From contig NC_067400.1 in NCBI RefSeq assembly GCF_016432865.1, positions 613,056,001 through 613,120,000 of the forward strand: a stretch of DNA of 64,000 nucleotides. Reading direction: 5' to 3'. Under the pieces are notes generated by a model. It saw only the letters and a program-made list of their open reading frames with translations, made no database searches and was not told the origin of the DNA. This stretch comes from Antechinus flavipes (taxonomy: Eukaryota). Below are positions 36,955-49,039 of the stretch, piece by piece; position 1 is the first letter of the stretch; the number at the start of each line of letters is the position of its first letter. The position numbers were made by a program, and so were the translations under genes.

Positions 36955-38511
36955 AAAAAACACCCCAAAGGGGAAAATTAATCTCCTCAGCACAGACCTT
37001 AACATGTTAAAAAATGGCTTTTCTGAGCTACTAAAGGTACAGAGCTTTCCCAAGGTTGATCATCATTCATTCATCCATTCCCCCTGAATCCTATTTTCCT
37101 GGGTGCCAGGAGGATGTAAGGAGCATGAACTTCAGGATGGTGAGTGGAAATTATTATGCTGGGGAGGAAAATTTATTTGGAAGAGGAGAATACGCCCCCC
37201 ACCCAGTCATTCTGTGATGGGAAGTGGTCCGTCCTCCAGAGACCACAGACTATAGTCCAAAACCTCTGCTCCAGGTGGGAGCTTGAGAAGGAGAATGAGG
37301 GAAACGATGGTGGAGAGAGGGACCTTGGGATGGGGGTGATGGAGTAAGGGGGCTGGGGCCAGAAGAGACCTGGGGACTTTATGTGGGCCAACAGAGACCT
37401 CGAAAGCTTGGCTGCAGCAGGCCAAAAACAGAGAGGGAGTTTCCCATTACCCACCCCCTGCGGCCCAGGCCCAGGAATCTTGGCTCTGAGCTCCTGGCTC
37501 TGCAGACAGGGATGGCGGAGGCTTCCCGATCCATCTGCCAGAAAAGCCTCCCACAGACAGAACGAGGGGCCCTTGGGCAGCAGGGGAGAGGCCTGGGACC
37601 AAGCGCCTGGAGCAGCCCTGCCCCCAGGTCTCCATCCCTGGCCCAGGTGACCTACAGAAGTTGTCAGACCGGTTTCTTCCTCTGTTCCCAAACACCCCCG
37701 CGGTCATCTGACAGGATTCTGGGTCTAGAATATTCCAGAGAGGCTGTTCTAGAACTCATTAGCTTGTTAACCTTTGGGGCCCTCCCTGGGGGACGGGAGC
37801 CCGGAGCCACACAGCTGTATGTGGGACTGGAAGGCATTCTTTCCCATTAGGGAAGTCTCTAATTTGTGAGAAGGGTCTGCCTCGGAGCCTCAGAGACCCC
37901 TCCAGCCTTGCTTGGGGAACCATAATCCACAGGTGAGGGTCCTAGACCAGCCTCTCCCTCAGGGAGAGACCAGTGAGTCCCCACCGTGGAAAGCTCCATC
38001 TCTCCAGCCTCTTCCCTGTGCCGGCCACACACGGATGTCTGGAGAGGACTTCCTTCAAGCCTGCTGCAGATCACACCGGCTCTAGAAACGCGCCCACCCC
38101 TGCCCACCCTCATCTGGATCGTGCCAAATGCCTTCAGTGCACCAAGAACCGAGCCCCTTCCAGGGGCTGCTCCCTCCTACAGCCTCCCAGGAGCTCTGGG
38201 CCTCCTCAGTGCTCCTTGGGCAGTCTGTTTGGGGAAGCCTATGGACGGACACCTTCACAGAACCATGTGATTCAATAGAAAATCATAAATTGAAATAAAT
38301 TAAATTATAAAATGAAATAAATATAAAATTAAAGTAACTCAAGTTGAATTACAATTAAATAATATAATAAAATTATAAAATTTAATTGATTATAAAATCG
38401 AATATATGGAATTATAAAGGAAACTGATTCTACAGAAATATCATTACCTAAGTATTTAAAAATCTGTAAGTCACATTTGCAGTTATTAAGGCATTTAAAA
38501 TGTTTGTCTTT

Positions 38512-38648
38512 ACTTTTTCTTTTTTTGCTGAGGCAATGAGGATTTAGTGACTTGCCCAGGGTCACACAGCCAGGATGTGTTAAGCGTCTGAGGCCAGATT
38601 TGAACTCAGCGTTAGGGCTGCTCTAACCACTGCCCCACCTAGCTGCCC
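38512..38648 (-). mobile_element. WSINE1-like SINE with internal deletion
   Basis: Reverse-complement SINE text with T-tail, ending CCACCTAGCTGCCC. Confidence 0.85.
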
Positions 38649-40074
38649 TTTTTGAAGAGGGGCAATGACACCGCGGGTGGTCCTGATGCGTGTGTGGATT
38701 AGATTTAAGTGAGGCAGTTACACAAAATCATCAGCTTCCCCTTCTCCCCCACAGTCTGAAGTCCAGCAGCAAGACAATCAGGGATTTGCACGGACGACCT
38801 CAGTCAGCACCTTCCATTTCTGCCCAGTCCCCAAGTCCCGGTGCGCCTTCACTGCTGTGTCACTGGCGCAGACTGCTACTACCATCGCTCGGTTCCGCCA
38901 AGGACAGTCTTGAGGCAGAAGCCCCGCTAACTCACCAGTAGACCCGTCAGCTCCCCTCATCTGGCCGATTGGTTTTCCAGGGGGGCGGCCGCTGAACGTG
39001 CTCCAGCTTCTTGGAGTCTCGGTGAGAGTAGGGTGAAGGTAAACATTTAAAACGCAGGCAAGATAACGGGCCTATTGACTATTTACCCTATTTAATGACT
39101 ATTTAATCTAAATTGAATTTAAAAGCAATAATAACTGTAAAGAATATTTTGAAATATCTGAAACAATCTGTCGCGTGATGTAAAAACATCTGGGATGATG
39201 TCCCAGCTGCAGCGGATCCTGCTGTATCTTGTTGCCTAAATCCATAAGAATATACTAAATTTATAATGTTTAGAATATAATATAGAATATATTAAAGAAT
39301 AGACTCTATTTGCCTAGAGGTTAGTGAAAATAAAGATGTGATTTTTCCCACCTGGTTTCACAAGCTCCCTGAAACATCTAGATGGAGTCTGCCTTAGTAC
39401 TCTGGGAACCCGGGTCCCCCTGTCCTGAGTGGTCTCTGAGGGTCGCCCCTCAGCCCGGCAGCCACCCAGGCTTGAACCCCTCTCGGGGTCTGTCCGAGCT
39501 GGTCCCAGGACGCCAGGCACACGGTGTATCTGCCGCTAGCTCTGTCTCTCCAGCTTGCTGGGACCTGCCAGAGCCTTTCCCCTTTGGCTCAGCCTCCAAG
39601 AGCCAGGGGCACGGCAGCACGGGCGGGCAGCCCATTTGGGGGTAGCAAAGGACCAGAGACAAATGATTCCCCATTGATGGGGAACCTGGAAAGCAACTGT
39701 CAGCCTATCAAGCCAAGAAACATTTAAAAATAAGTGCTTCCCATAGGCAGAAAGTTAAAGGCTGTTCCTGCCCAGCAGAGCTCGCTCCCTAATGAGGGAG
39801 ACATCTCACATGGCGCTAGTGCAGAGGGAAGGCACCAGTGTCAAGGGGGATTGGGAGAGGCTTCCTGGAGGAGGTGAGATTTCAACAGGGAGCCAGGAGA
39901 AGGAAATGGGGAGCTAGAGCGTTCCAGGCTTCGGGCAGTGCCTGGAGTCCAGGGCTGGAGTGTTTGGTTTGTGGAATAGCCAGGAGACTGGGGTCACTGT
40001 ACTGGAGTATGTACAGGGAATAAGAAGAATGAAAAGGTGGGAGGGGGGCAGATAAGGGATTTGATTTTTGATCC

Positions 40075-40290
40075 TGGAAGGATATTGTGGTTCACTCTTG
40101 TCCGACTCTTTGTGACCCTTTGGGATTTTCTTAGCAGAGACACTGGAATGGCATTTTACAGATGACAAGACTAAGGCAAACAGGGTAGAGTGACTTGACC
40201 AGGGTCACACAGTGTCTGAGGTTTCATTTGAACTCAGTCATTCTGACTCTAGGCCAGCTGTTCCATTCCCTGTGCCACACAGCTGCCCCT
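40075..40290 (-). mobile_element. MAR1-like CORE-SINE
   Basis: GTCCGACTCTTTGTGACCCTTTGGGATTTTCTTAGCAGAGACACTGG tail joined to the CORE. Confidence 0.65.
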
Positions 40291-40746
40291 AAAAAAAAAA
40301 ATCAACAAAAATTTTAAAGGAGAGAAGGGGGAAAGGAATCCCGAGTCCCTTCCACAACCTGAGAATTCATCAAAGTAAGAGCAAGAGTCTGAGATCTCAG
40401 CTCTGTTCTCATTGCTATCCAGCTTCCACATGCCTCTGATCTTAAAGCCCATGTCACTCACTTTCTCTGCCCAAAGGACTTTAGCAGACCCTTTCCATGT
40501 TTGTTTTAAAGAGTATATTTCATCGATGGGTTTTGCCTTTCTATTACAACCATTTCAACCTTCCTCCTGCTACAGATCAAACCATTTCTGAAGGCAAAGA
40601 AAAACAATTAAATACAAATATCCTAAGCAGTGACCACACCAGAGAATGTATAAAATATTTCTTCCCGTTAACCTTGTTTCTCTCTGCTGAAAGAAGGGAG
40701 ACATTTCATTATTTGTTCTATGGAGTTTCAATTAAAAAATTCTTTT

Positions 40747-40881
40747 NNNNNNNNNNNNNNNNNNNNNNNNNNNNNNNNNNNNNNNNNNNNNNNNNNNNNN
40801 NNNNNNNNNNNNNNNNNNNNNNNNNNNNNNNNNNNNNNNNNNNNNNNNNNNNNNNNNNNNNNNNNNNNNNNNNNNNNNNNN
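40747..40881. other. Assembly gap (N run)
   Basis: Ns in sequence. Confidence 1.
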
Positions 40882-41223
40882 CCATTCTACTGCTCTTTTT
40901 TCCCACTGAAGACTTTTTTTAACTCCTAAAAACCAGTAAGCACAATCCAGCAAAACAAATTCTCATATCGGCTGTGTTTAAAAACACACAACTCATTTTA
41001 TATTCTAAGCTTACCCCCTCTCTAGCAAGACAGAAATGGGCTGTTTCATCTTCAGTCCACTGGGCATCAAAAAGATTTCCAAAGTCTTTTATTACTGTTT
41101 GTTTTGTATTTTACAAACTATTCTCCTGGTTTTGTTCTTCACTTTGGATCAGTTCACAAAGTTTTCCCAGGTTTCTCTGGAACTCGCCATCATTTTTATG
41201 GTTCAATAATAGTCTGTTGCATT

Positions 41224-41399
41224 AACATATTTAACATATATAGGACTGCTTGCCATCTTGGGGGGGGGGGGTGGAGGGAGGGAGGGGAAAAAACGAAACA
41301 TAAGCGAGTGCAAGAGATAATGTTGTAAAAAAATTACCCTGGCATGGATTCTGTCAATGCAAAGTTATTATTAAATAAAATTAAATTAAAATTTAAAAA
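41224..41399 (+). mobile_element. Very short young L1 3' end inside an older minus-strand L1
   Basis: 16-bp TSD AATAGTCTGTTGCATT at 41208-41223 and 41400-41415. Confidence 0.85.
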
Positions 41400-42239
41400 A
41401 ATAGTCTGTTGCATTCATAATTTATTTATTACATACTATAATTTATTTAGCTATTCCCCAGAAGAGAGGCATCCCTTTTGTTTCTAGTTTTTAGCTATTA
41501 TGAAAAGAGGTGCTATAAGTATTTTTATATGTATGGTTTCTTTTAACCTTTCTTTGATTTCTTTGGAAGTGGAGGACTAAAAACTGTCCAAAGGGCAAAC
41601 ACTGCTTAATAGATTTTGGGGAGTAGCTTCAAAATGTTTTCCAAAATGGCTGGACCAATTCACAGTTACACCAACAATGTATAAGTGTGTATGTTTTCCC
41701 TTAGCCCCACAACATTTGTGGTTTTCTGATTTCCAAGTCTAATGGGTATGAACCTCAGAGTTGCTTTTATTTGCATTTCTCTAATTATTACTGTAGAGAG
41801 TAAGTTGTGCCCCACTCTCCCATGGCCAGATAGATGGCATTTACCCATGAGGGGTGTAGAGTATCCGGAGGGACTTGTGAATGTTTTGTTTTTTTTTTAA
41901 TTTCTGCCTTCAGTTTAGGATCCTGATTAGGCACCAGTGACTAGGCTTCCAATTAATTTCAACACTTAAAACTGATTACTTTATAAAATGGGATATTTAG
42001 TTCAAAGATGTAACAAGAACAAAGTAGAAACATTTCTCTGAATATCTTTTTTTCTTTGTTTTTTTCCTTCTTTTTTTCTTCCTTCCTTCCATTCTTTCTT
42101 TTTTTCCCTTCTTTTTTTTCCCCTTCCTGTGGGTGCTCTGTCCAAGGAATACCAATTTTGGTTGCTGAAACCTCACAAGTTATCTTGAACATCACAGTCT
42201 AGATTACTTTCTTAAGAACCCTGTCTTATAGTTCCATTG

Positions 42240-42545
42240 GTCTTGAGATGGAGTGAGCCATCTGCACCCAGAGAGAGGGCTGTGGGAATTGAGTGTGCAT
42301 CACAACAAAACATTCTCACTCTTTTTGTTGTTGTTTGTTTGCATTTCTTTCTCACTTTTTTCCTTTTTGATCTGATTTTTCTTATTCAGCATGATAATTT
42401 TGGGAATATATGTATAAAAGAACTGCATACGTTTAACATATTGGAGAGGGAGTGGGGAAAGGGAGGGAGAAAAATTTGGAAAACAAAGTTTTGCAGGGGT
42501 GAATGTTGAATACTATTTATGCATATGTTTTGAAAATAAAAAGCT
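42240..42545 (+). mobile_element. Older L1 3' end
   Basis: GAGCCATCTGCACCCAGAGAGAGGGCTGTGGGAATTGAGTGTGCATC..GTTTTGAAAATAAAAAGC. Confidence 0.75.
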
Positions 42546-45160
42546 TATAAAGCAGTGGTCACCAAAACCATTTGGTATTGCTTAAAAAATAGACTAGTTG
42601 ATCAGTGGAATAGGTTAGGTTCAAAGGACAAAATAGTCAATAACTTCAATAATCTAGGTTTTGAAAAAAACCAAAGACCCCAGGTTTGGGGATAAGAATT
42701 TACTGTTTGACAAAAACTGCTGGGAAAATTGGAAATTAGAATGGCAGAAACTAGGCATTGACCCACACTTAACACTGTACTTGGAAAATGAATGGATGCC
42801 CATCAATTGGAGAATGGTTGAGTAAATTGTGGTATATGAACGTTATGGAATATTATTGTTCTGTAAGAAATGACCAGCAGGATGAATACAGAGAGGACTG
42901 GCGAGACTTACATGAACTGATGCTAAGTGAAATGAGCAGATCATTATATACCTCAACAATACTGTATGAGGATGTATTCTGATGGATCTCCTTGATAAAG
43001 AGAGCTAATTCAGTTTCAATTGATCAAGGATGGACAGAAGCAGCTACACCCAAAGAAAGAACACTGGGAGATGAATATAAACTGCTTGCATTTTTGTTTT
43101 TCTTCCCGGGTTATTTTTACCTTCTGAATCCAATTCTCCCTGTGCAACAAGAAAACTGTTTGGTTCTGCACACATATATTGTATCTAGGATATACTATAA
43201 CCTATTTAACATGTAAAGGACTGCTTGCCATCTGGGGAAGGAAGGGAGGGGAAAAATCGGAACAGAAGTGAGTGCAAGGGATAATGTAAAAAATTACCCT
43301 GGCATGGATTCTGTCAATAAAAAGTTATTTTAAAAAATAGTTCAGTCCAGTTTTCTTTTGACTGCAGACTTAGTACCTTACCAAAAGTATTTTGATTAGT
43401 GCTTTTTCAAGCAGAATTAACAAACTGCAGGTTGTTAAGAAAAAAACTATTTTTTTTTGCCCTAATCCATCAAGAAGTACTTTAATAATAATGTTGGAGG
43501 ATGGTAGGGGGTATAGTATGCTACACCTTTGATCCAGAAGACCTGAGCTCCAATTCTACAGTAGACAATTGCTACTTATATTAGGATAGACAATTCAGAT
43601 AATTCAGACAATTTTCTTAACCCTCTAAGCCCATCTGTAAAATAAAAATTTCTAACTCACAAAGTTGCTACAGTCAAATGAGATAACATATATAAAACTT
43701 TGTAAAGTTTAAGGTTATTTATAAAATATTGGCTATATATATTTGATGAAATTAAAAAATTGAGAACCAGAGGAAGGTATTTCCCAGGTCTAATAAACTC
43801 TACAAAAGTAAAAAAAACAAACAAACACTGTACACCAAGATAAGGTCAAAATGGTTCATGACCTAGGCATAAAGAATGAGATTATAAATAAATTAGAGGA
43901 ACATAGGATAGTTTACCTCTCAGACCTGTGGAGGAGGAAGGAATTTGAGATTATTATTGATCACAAAATAGATAATTTTGATTATATCAAATTAAAAAGC
44001 TTTTGGCCAAACAAAACTAATGCAGACAAGATTACAAGGGAAGCAATAAACTGGGAAAACATTTTTACAATCAAAGGTTTTGATAAGGTCTCATTTCCAA
44101 AATATATAAAGAACTGATTCTAATTTATAAGAAATCAAGCCATTCTCCAATTGATAAATGTTCAAAGGATATGAACAATTTTCAGATGAAGAAATTGAAA
44201 CTATTTCTAGCCAAATGAAAAGATGGTCCAAGTCATTATTAATCAGAAAAATGCAAATTAAAACAACTGAGATACCACTATACACCTCTCAGATTGGCTA
44301 GGATGACAGGAAAAGATAATGGTGAATGTTGGAGGGGATGTGGGAAAACTGGACACTGATACTTTGTTGGTGGAATTGTAAATACATCCAATCATTCTGG
44401 AGACTAATTTTTAACTATGCTCAAAAAGTTATCAAACTGTGCATACCCTGTGATCCAGCAGCGTTACTATTGGGCTTGTATCCCAAAGAGATCTTAAAGA
44501 AGAGACCTGCAAGAATTTTGTGACAGCTCTGTTTGTAGTGGCCAGAAACTAGAAAGTGAGTAGATACCCCTCAATTGGAGAATGGCTGGATAAATTGTGG
44601 TATATGAATGTTATGGAATATTATCGTTCTGTAAGAAATGACCAGCAGGATGATTTCAGAAAGGCCTGGAGAGACTTACAGGAACTGATGCTGAAGGAAA
44701 TGAGCAGGACCAGGAGATCATATACTTCAACAACAATACTATATGATGATCAATTCTGATGGACATGGCCCTCTTCAACAATGAGATGAACCAAATCAGT
44801 TCCATTTGTTCAATTATGAATACAACCACCCTCAGCAAAAGAATTCTGGGAAATGAGTGTGAACCACTACATAGCATTTCCAATCCCTTTGTTTTTGTCC
44901 ACCTGCATTTTTGATTTCCTTCTCAGACTAATTGTACATTATTTCAAAGTCCAATTTTTCTTGTACAGTAAAATAACTGTATGGACATATATACATATAT
45001 TGTATTTAACATATACTTTAACATATTTAACATGTATTGGTCTACCTGCCATCTGGGGGAAGGAGGGGAAAAGTTGGAACAAAAGGTTTTGCAACTGTCA
45101 ATGCTGAAAAATTACCCATGCATATATCTTGTAAATAAAAAGCTATAATAAAAAAAAAGA
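42546..45160 (+). mobile_element. L1 (ORF2 3' portion + 3' UTR) split by a later insertion
   Basis: 42546-42780 reads AVVTKTIWYCLKNR..WQKLGIDPHLTLY and resumes at 43834 as TKIRSKW.HDLGIKNEIINKLEEHRIVYLSDLW; 3' UTR and A-tail end at ~45160. Confidence 0.9.
42781..43823 (+). mobile_element. Young 5'-truncated L1 plus ~470-bp non-L1 3' extension (candidate 3' transduction)
   Basis: L1 at 42781-~43335; unique AT-rich DNA to 43800 with AATAAA (43792) and A-tail; TSD AACACTGTAC at 42771-42780 and 43824-43833. Confidence 0.8.
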
Positions 45161-45363
45161 AAAGAAAAAGTTTAAAACAAAAGAGAGAAAGAACCATGCC
45201 TTAAATCCAAATCACTCTGGTTCTCATTGATTGGTCAACAAAAGGTCCCAGGCCAAGCCCTGTTTCATCATATTTCAGACCCTGATTGCCTCAGAGTGAA
45301 TGTAAATAACAATTGTTTCTCTTTTGGCCAGAAACATTGGGAGTGTCCCCCTTCCAAAATTTT

Positions 45364-45620
45364 NNNNNNNNNNNNNNNNNNNNNNNNNNNNNNNNNNNNN
45401 NNNNNNNNNNNNNNNNNNNNNNNNNNNNNNNNNNNNNNNNNNNNNNNNNNNNNNNNNNNNNNNNNNNNNNNNNNNNNNNNNNNNNNNNNNNNNNNNNNNN
45501 NNNNNNNNNNNNNNNNNNNNNNNNNNNNNNNNNNNNNNNNNNNNNNNNNNNNNNNNNNNNNNNNNNNNNNNNNNNNNNNNNNNNNNNNNNNNNNNNNNNN
45601 NNNNNNNNNNNNNNNNNNNN
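45364..45620. other. Assembly gap (N run)
   Basis: Ns in sequence. Confidence 1.
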
Positions 45621-46279
45621 NATCCTTCCTTCTTTCATTTTTTTTGACTGGGTAAGAGGCCGTTCTTTGACTCAATCTTATCTAATATAATCACTGACTG
45701 GACATCGCCAAAGTCAAACCGAGACCCATTGAAGACCTTAGCTGAAAAAGGCCGATGATTTCCACTGCGTGCCGCCCATTTCTGCCCTGCCACTGGCCCT
45801 AGATGGTGACTCTGTACAAGCCTGCCTTCCTTAAATCCAAGTCACTTGTAGGTCCTGGCATTGCCTCCCTGATATGGTCATTTTGGAGAAGGAAGCACAG
45901 ACAGCCACAAGCACACCCCTGCAGCAGCCGGAATTCTGGAGTATAACAGCCACAACAACAACAGTAGCACGGCAAAACTCGAAGGCTTCAGGTAGCGTGC
46001 TTTACAAACCTTTTCTCATTTTACTTTACAGCTTACTCTGAGAGGGACAGGCCATTATCATTCTCCCTTTCCAGGACAGGAAGCTTAGGTGTTTTCCTCA
46101 GAGTCCTAAAGTGGGCATCAGGGGGGTGATGTGAACACGGGCCTTCCAAAGCCCAGATCCCCTGGTTTTATCCATCTGGCTGACTCTGCACCTTCATAGT
46201 TTTGGTCCCTCAGATTCAGAGGTGACATCAGTGCCGGCTAAATCAGATAAGGCTGGTCTAGACTCCCATGCTGTGATGG

Positions 46280-46512
46280 AAACAAATCCGTAGAGATAGC
46301 CCCGGGCTTGAAGTTAGGAAGACCTCCGTATAAATATGGCCTCAGATATTTACTTTGCTGTGGGACTCTGGACAGGTCATTTCACTCTATCTGCCTCAGT
46401 TTTCTCATCTGCAAAATGTTCTGGGGAAGGAAATGGCAAAGCTCTCCAATATCTCTGCCAAGAAAATCCCAAAAGGGATCACGAAGAAGCCTCGGAAACA
46501 ATGGAAGAACAA
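46280..46512 (+). mobile_element. MAR1-like CORE-SINE with RTE-type tail
   Basis: CTGCCTCAGTTTTCTCATCTGCAAAATG..GGAAATGGCAAAGCTCTCCAATATCTCTGCCAAGAAAATCCCAAAAGGGATCACGAAG. Confidence 0.7.
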
Positions 46513-47274
46513 CATTTTAAAAGATAATAAACTTCATTTAGAAATGTCAAAGCCATCCTTAGTTCCAGCCTTGCAAAAAGAGGCGGTGGGCTGGATTTGG
46601 CCCATCGGCCACGGCTGGCCAGTTTCTGGCCAAAAGTGAATTTAAGGCACAATGCTTTCCAGTTCTTGTCAAAAAGGGGGTTCTTCCTGTCGCAATGGGC
46701 GTCCCTGGGCTGAGCAAACACTGGCCCATTGTAAAGAATTGGGGTTGTTTTTTCCTTCTCTGCTTTGTTCTGCCAGTTTCCTTCTCTGTTTTCTACTCAG
46801 AACAACTCGTTTTGATGATTACTCTTTCATAACAGAGTCTGAGGTCTGGTGATGCTATATATCCCTTCATTATTTTCTCATTATGTCTGGAGCTTCCAGG
46901 CCTTTGATGTCACCCAATGAATTTTGTTTTGTCAAATGCTATAAAGTGTCTTCTCCCTGATCTCCCTATTGCTGCTAAGATAAAGCACGCACTTCTCAGC
47001 CTAGCAGTTAAAGATTTCTGTAATCTCTATTTCCAATCTTATTTCACATCACTTCCCTCTCCCAGCTAGGGAGGGCTACGGTGCCCACAGTATTGGGCTT
47101 ACTGCCAGGAAGACAAGTTGAAATCTCCTTCAAACCCTTACTAGAGCAGTGTGACCCCGGGCAGATCATTTTACCTTTTCTGCCTCAGTCTCCTCATCTA
47201 TCAAATGGGGATGATAACAATAGCACCTGCCTCATAGTGTTGTTTTGAGTATCAAGCGAGATATTTATTTTATG

Positions 47275-47850
47275 TTTCCCAATTATATTCCCAATTAAAT
47301 AATATATATAATGACATTTTTAGCATTCATTTTTAGAAGATTTTGAGTTCCAAATTTTTCTCCTGCCCTCCCCTCCCTTTTCCCAAAACAGTAAAAAATC
47401 AGAGATTATTTATATGCAATCATGTAAAACATATTTTCTTATGTTACAGTTGTGAAAGAAGAAACAGACTAAAGAAAAAAAAAACAACAAAAACAAAGTG
47501 AAAAAACAGTCTGCTTTGCTTCATGTTCAGATTCTTATCCTTCCTTGTCTGCATGTGGATAGCATTTCTCAGCATGAGTCTATTGGAACTATCTTGGAAC
47601 ATTGTATTATTGAGAAGACCTAAATCTATTGTGATTGATTGGCATACAATGTTGCTCTTATTGTATACAGTGATCTCCTGGTTCTGCTCACTTCACTCAG
47701 CATCAGTTCATGTGAGTCTTTCCAGGTTGTTCTGAAATCACCCTGCTGGTCATTTCTTGTAGCACAATAATATTTCATTGCATCCATATGTTCGGCCATT
47801 TGCCAATTGATGGACGTCCCCTCAAATTCTAATTCTTGTTATCCTCAAAA
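47275..47850 (-). mobile_element. Old L1 3' end
   Basis: GATCTCCTGGTTCTGCTCACTTCACTCAGCATCAGTTCATGTGAGTCTTTCC..CCAATTGATGGAC. Confidence 0.7.
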
Positions 47851-49039
47851 GAGCAGGAGATGATATTTATAAGGCCGTTTCCCAAGCCTTAAAGGGCTGC
47901 CTGGAACGCAGCCCCTTTTTAGCTCTGCCCCTCCTAGAATCTCAGCATTTCTTTCCGAGAACTTCCATGATCTTCTCCAACAGAATGCAAACTCTGGAGG
48001 GGAGGTACTATCACGTATCTTTCTGGGGAGTAGAATGAACATAATTGGCTGAGTTTTTTATTTCCTCCATTTATCCTTAGAACCTTCTGTAGTGGAAGAA
48101 ATAAATCACGGTCTTGACCGAGAACTTTTTCTAGAAGGGAGCCCATCTTCCTCTTTGTGGAGATTCCCCAGACAGACATTTATACTAAAGCTTTGTTTAA
48201 GCCATATCTCCAGAGAAATTCTGGAGTAAGGGGTAACGGGACAGGAAGAGTGGTCTCTGACTCTCTTCTTTGGGGTCAGGATGAATCTGGAGCCACGTGA
48301 GCCCCAACCAGGGCCCCGGCTGGGAGGTGGCCCTTTGGAGACGGTATACAAAAGGATTCTTTTCCTAAAATTCTGAAGTCTTTTTGTGGCAAAGTCTGAG
48401 TCAGAGGAAATGTACTCCTAGCTTCTCCTTCCTGTGCCCTCCTCCCCCGTGAAAGGCTCTGCTATTAGTCATTTATTCCCCCAGTATGAATGTCGGAGCC
48501 ACCACTCCCAGGGACATGTGTAGACGAAGCCCCGTCTCCAATGGAGACTGGGAGACTCTGATTCAAGGAATCCCCAGCTCCACATGGGGATCCTTTGCCT
48601 TTGGTGCTCAATTCCACAAAGGTCCTTATAATGGGTCCTGGTTCGCTGCCACTTGGGAATTCTGGGAGTGGCCAGACCTTCAAGCTGGAGATAGGGGGAG
48701 TCTATGGTATACCTCTTCTCTAGAATGTCTGAACAGAGGAGTTTTTTAGGGCTTTTTTCCAAGGAGTGGGGAAGATACTGAGACTAACTCACCATGTCAC
48801 CTTAGACAAGTTCTTTACCCTATTTGGGGTAAGTGGGCCCTCTACTATGTGACTCACCTACCTTTCCAGTTTTAATTCCTATTATTCTCCTTAATATACT
48901 GTTTCTCCCAGGCTTTCTAGTTTTTCTCTGTAGGAGATAGTCCATTTCCCACCTATATGTATTTGCACAAGCAATGTCTCTCGCCTGGCACACACCTCCA
49001 GATGATTTTGTTTTACTTTGTTTTTATTTATGTGGGTAC

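Noticed and set aside
34402-45690. ORFs containing long X runs
   Set aside because: Artefacts of reading through assembly N gaps.
46745-46850. Very strong polypyrimidine acceptor followed by a 43-nt segment (TTRFDDYSFITESE) and GAG|GTCTGG
   Set aside because: Isolated, no partner exons or homology, non-triplet length; cannot be supported without RNA data.
48465-48762. Overlapping 70-97 aa ORFs in unique sequence
   Set aside because: No recognisable domain, no good donor sites, and stops in the most protein-like frame.
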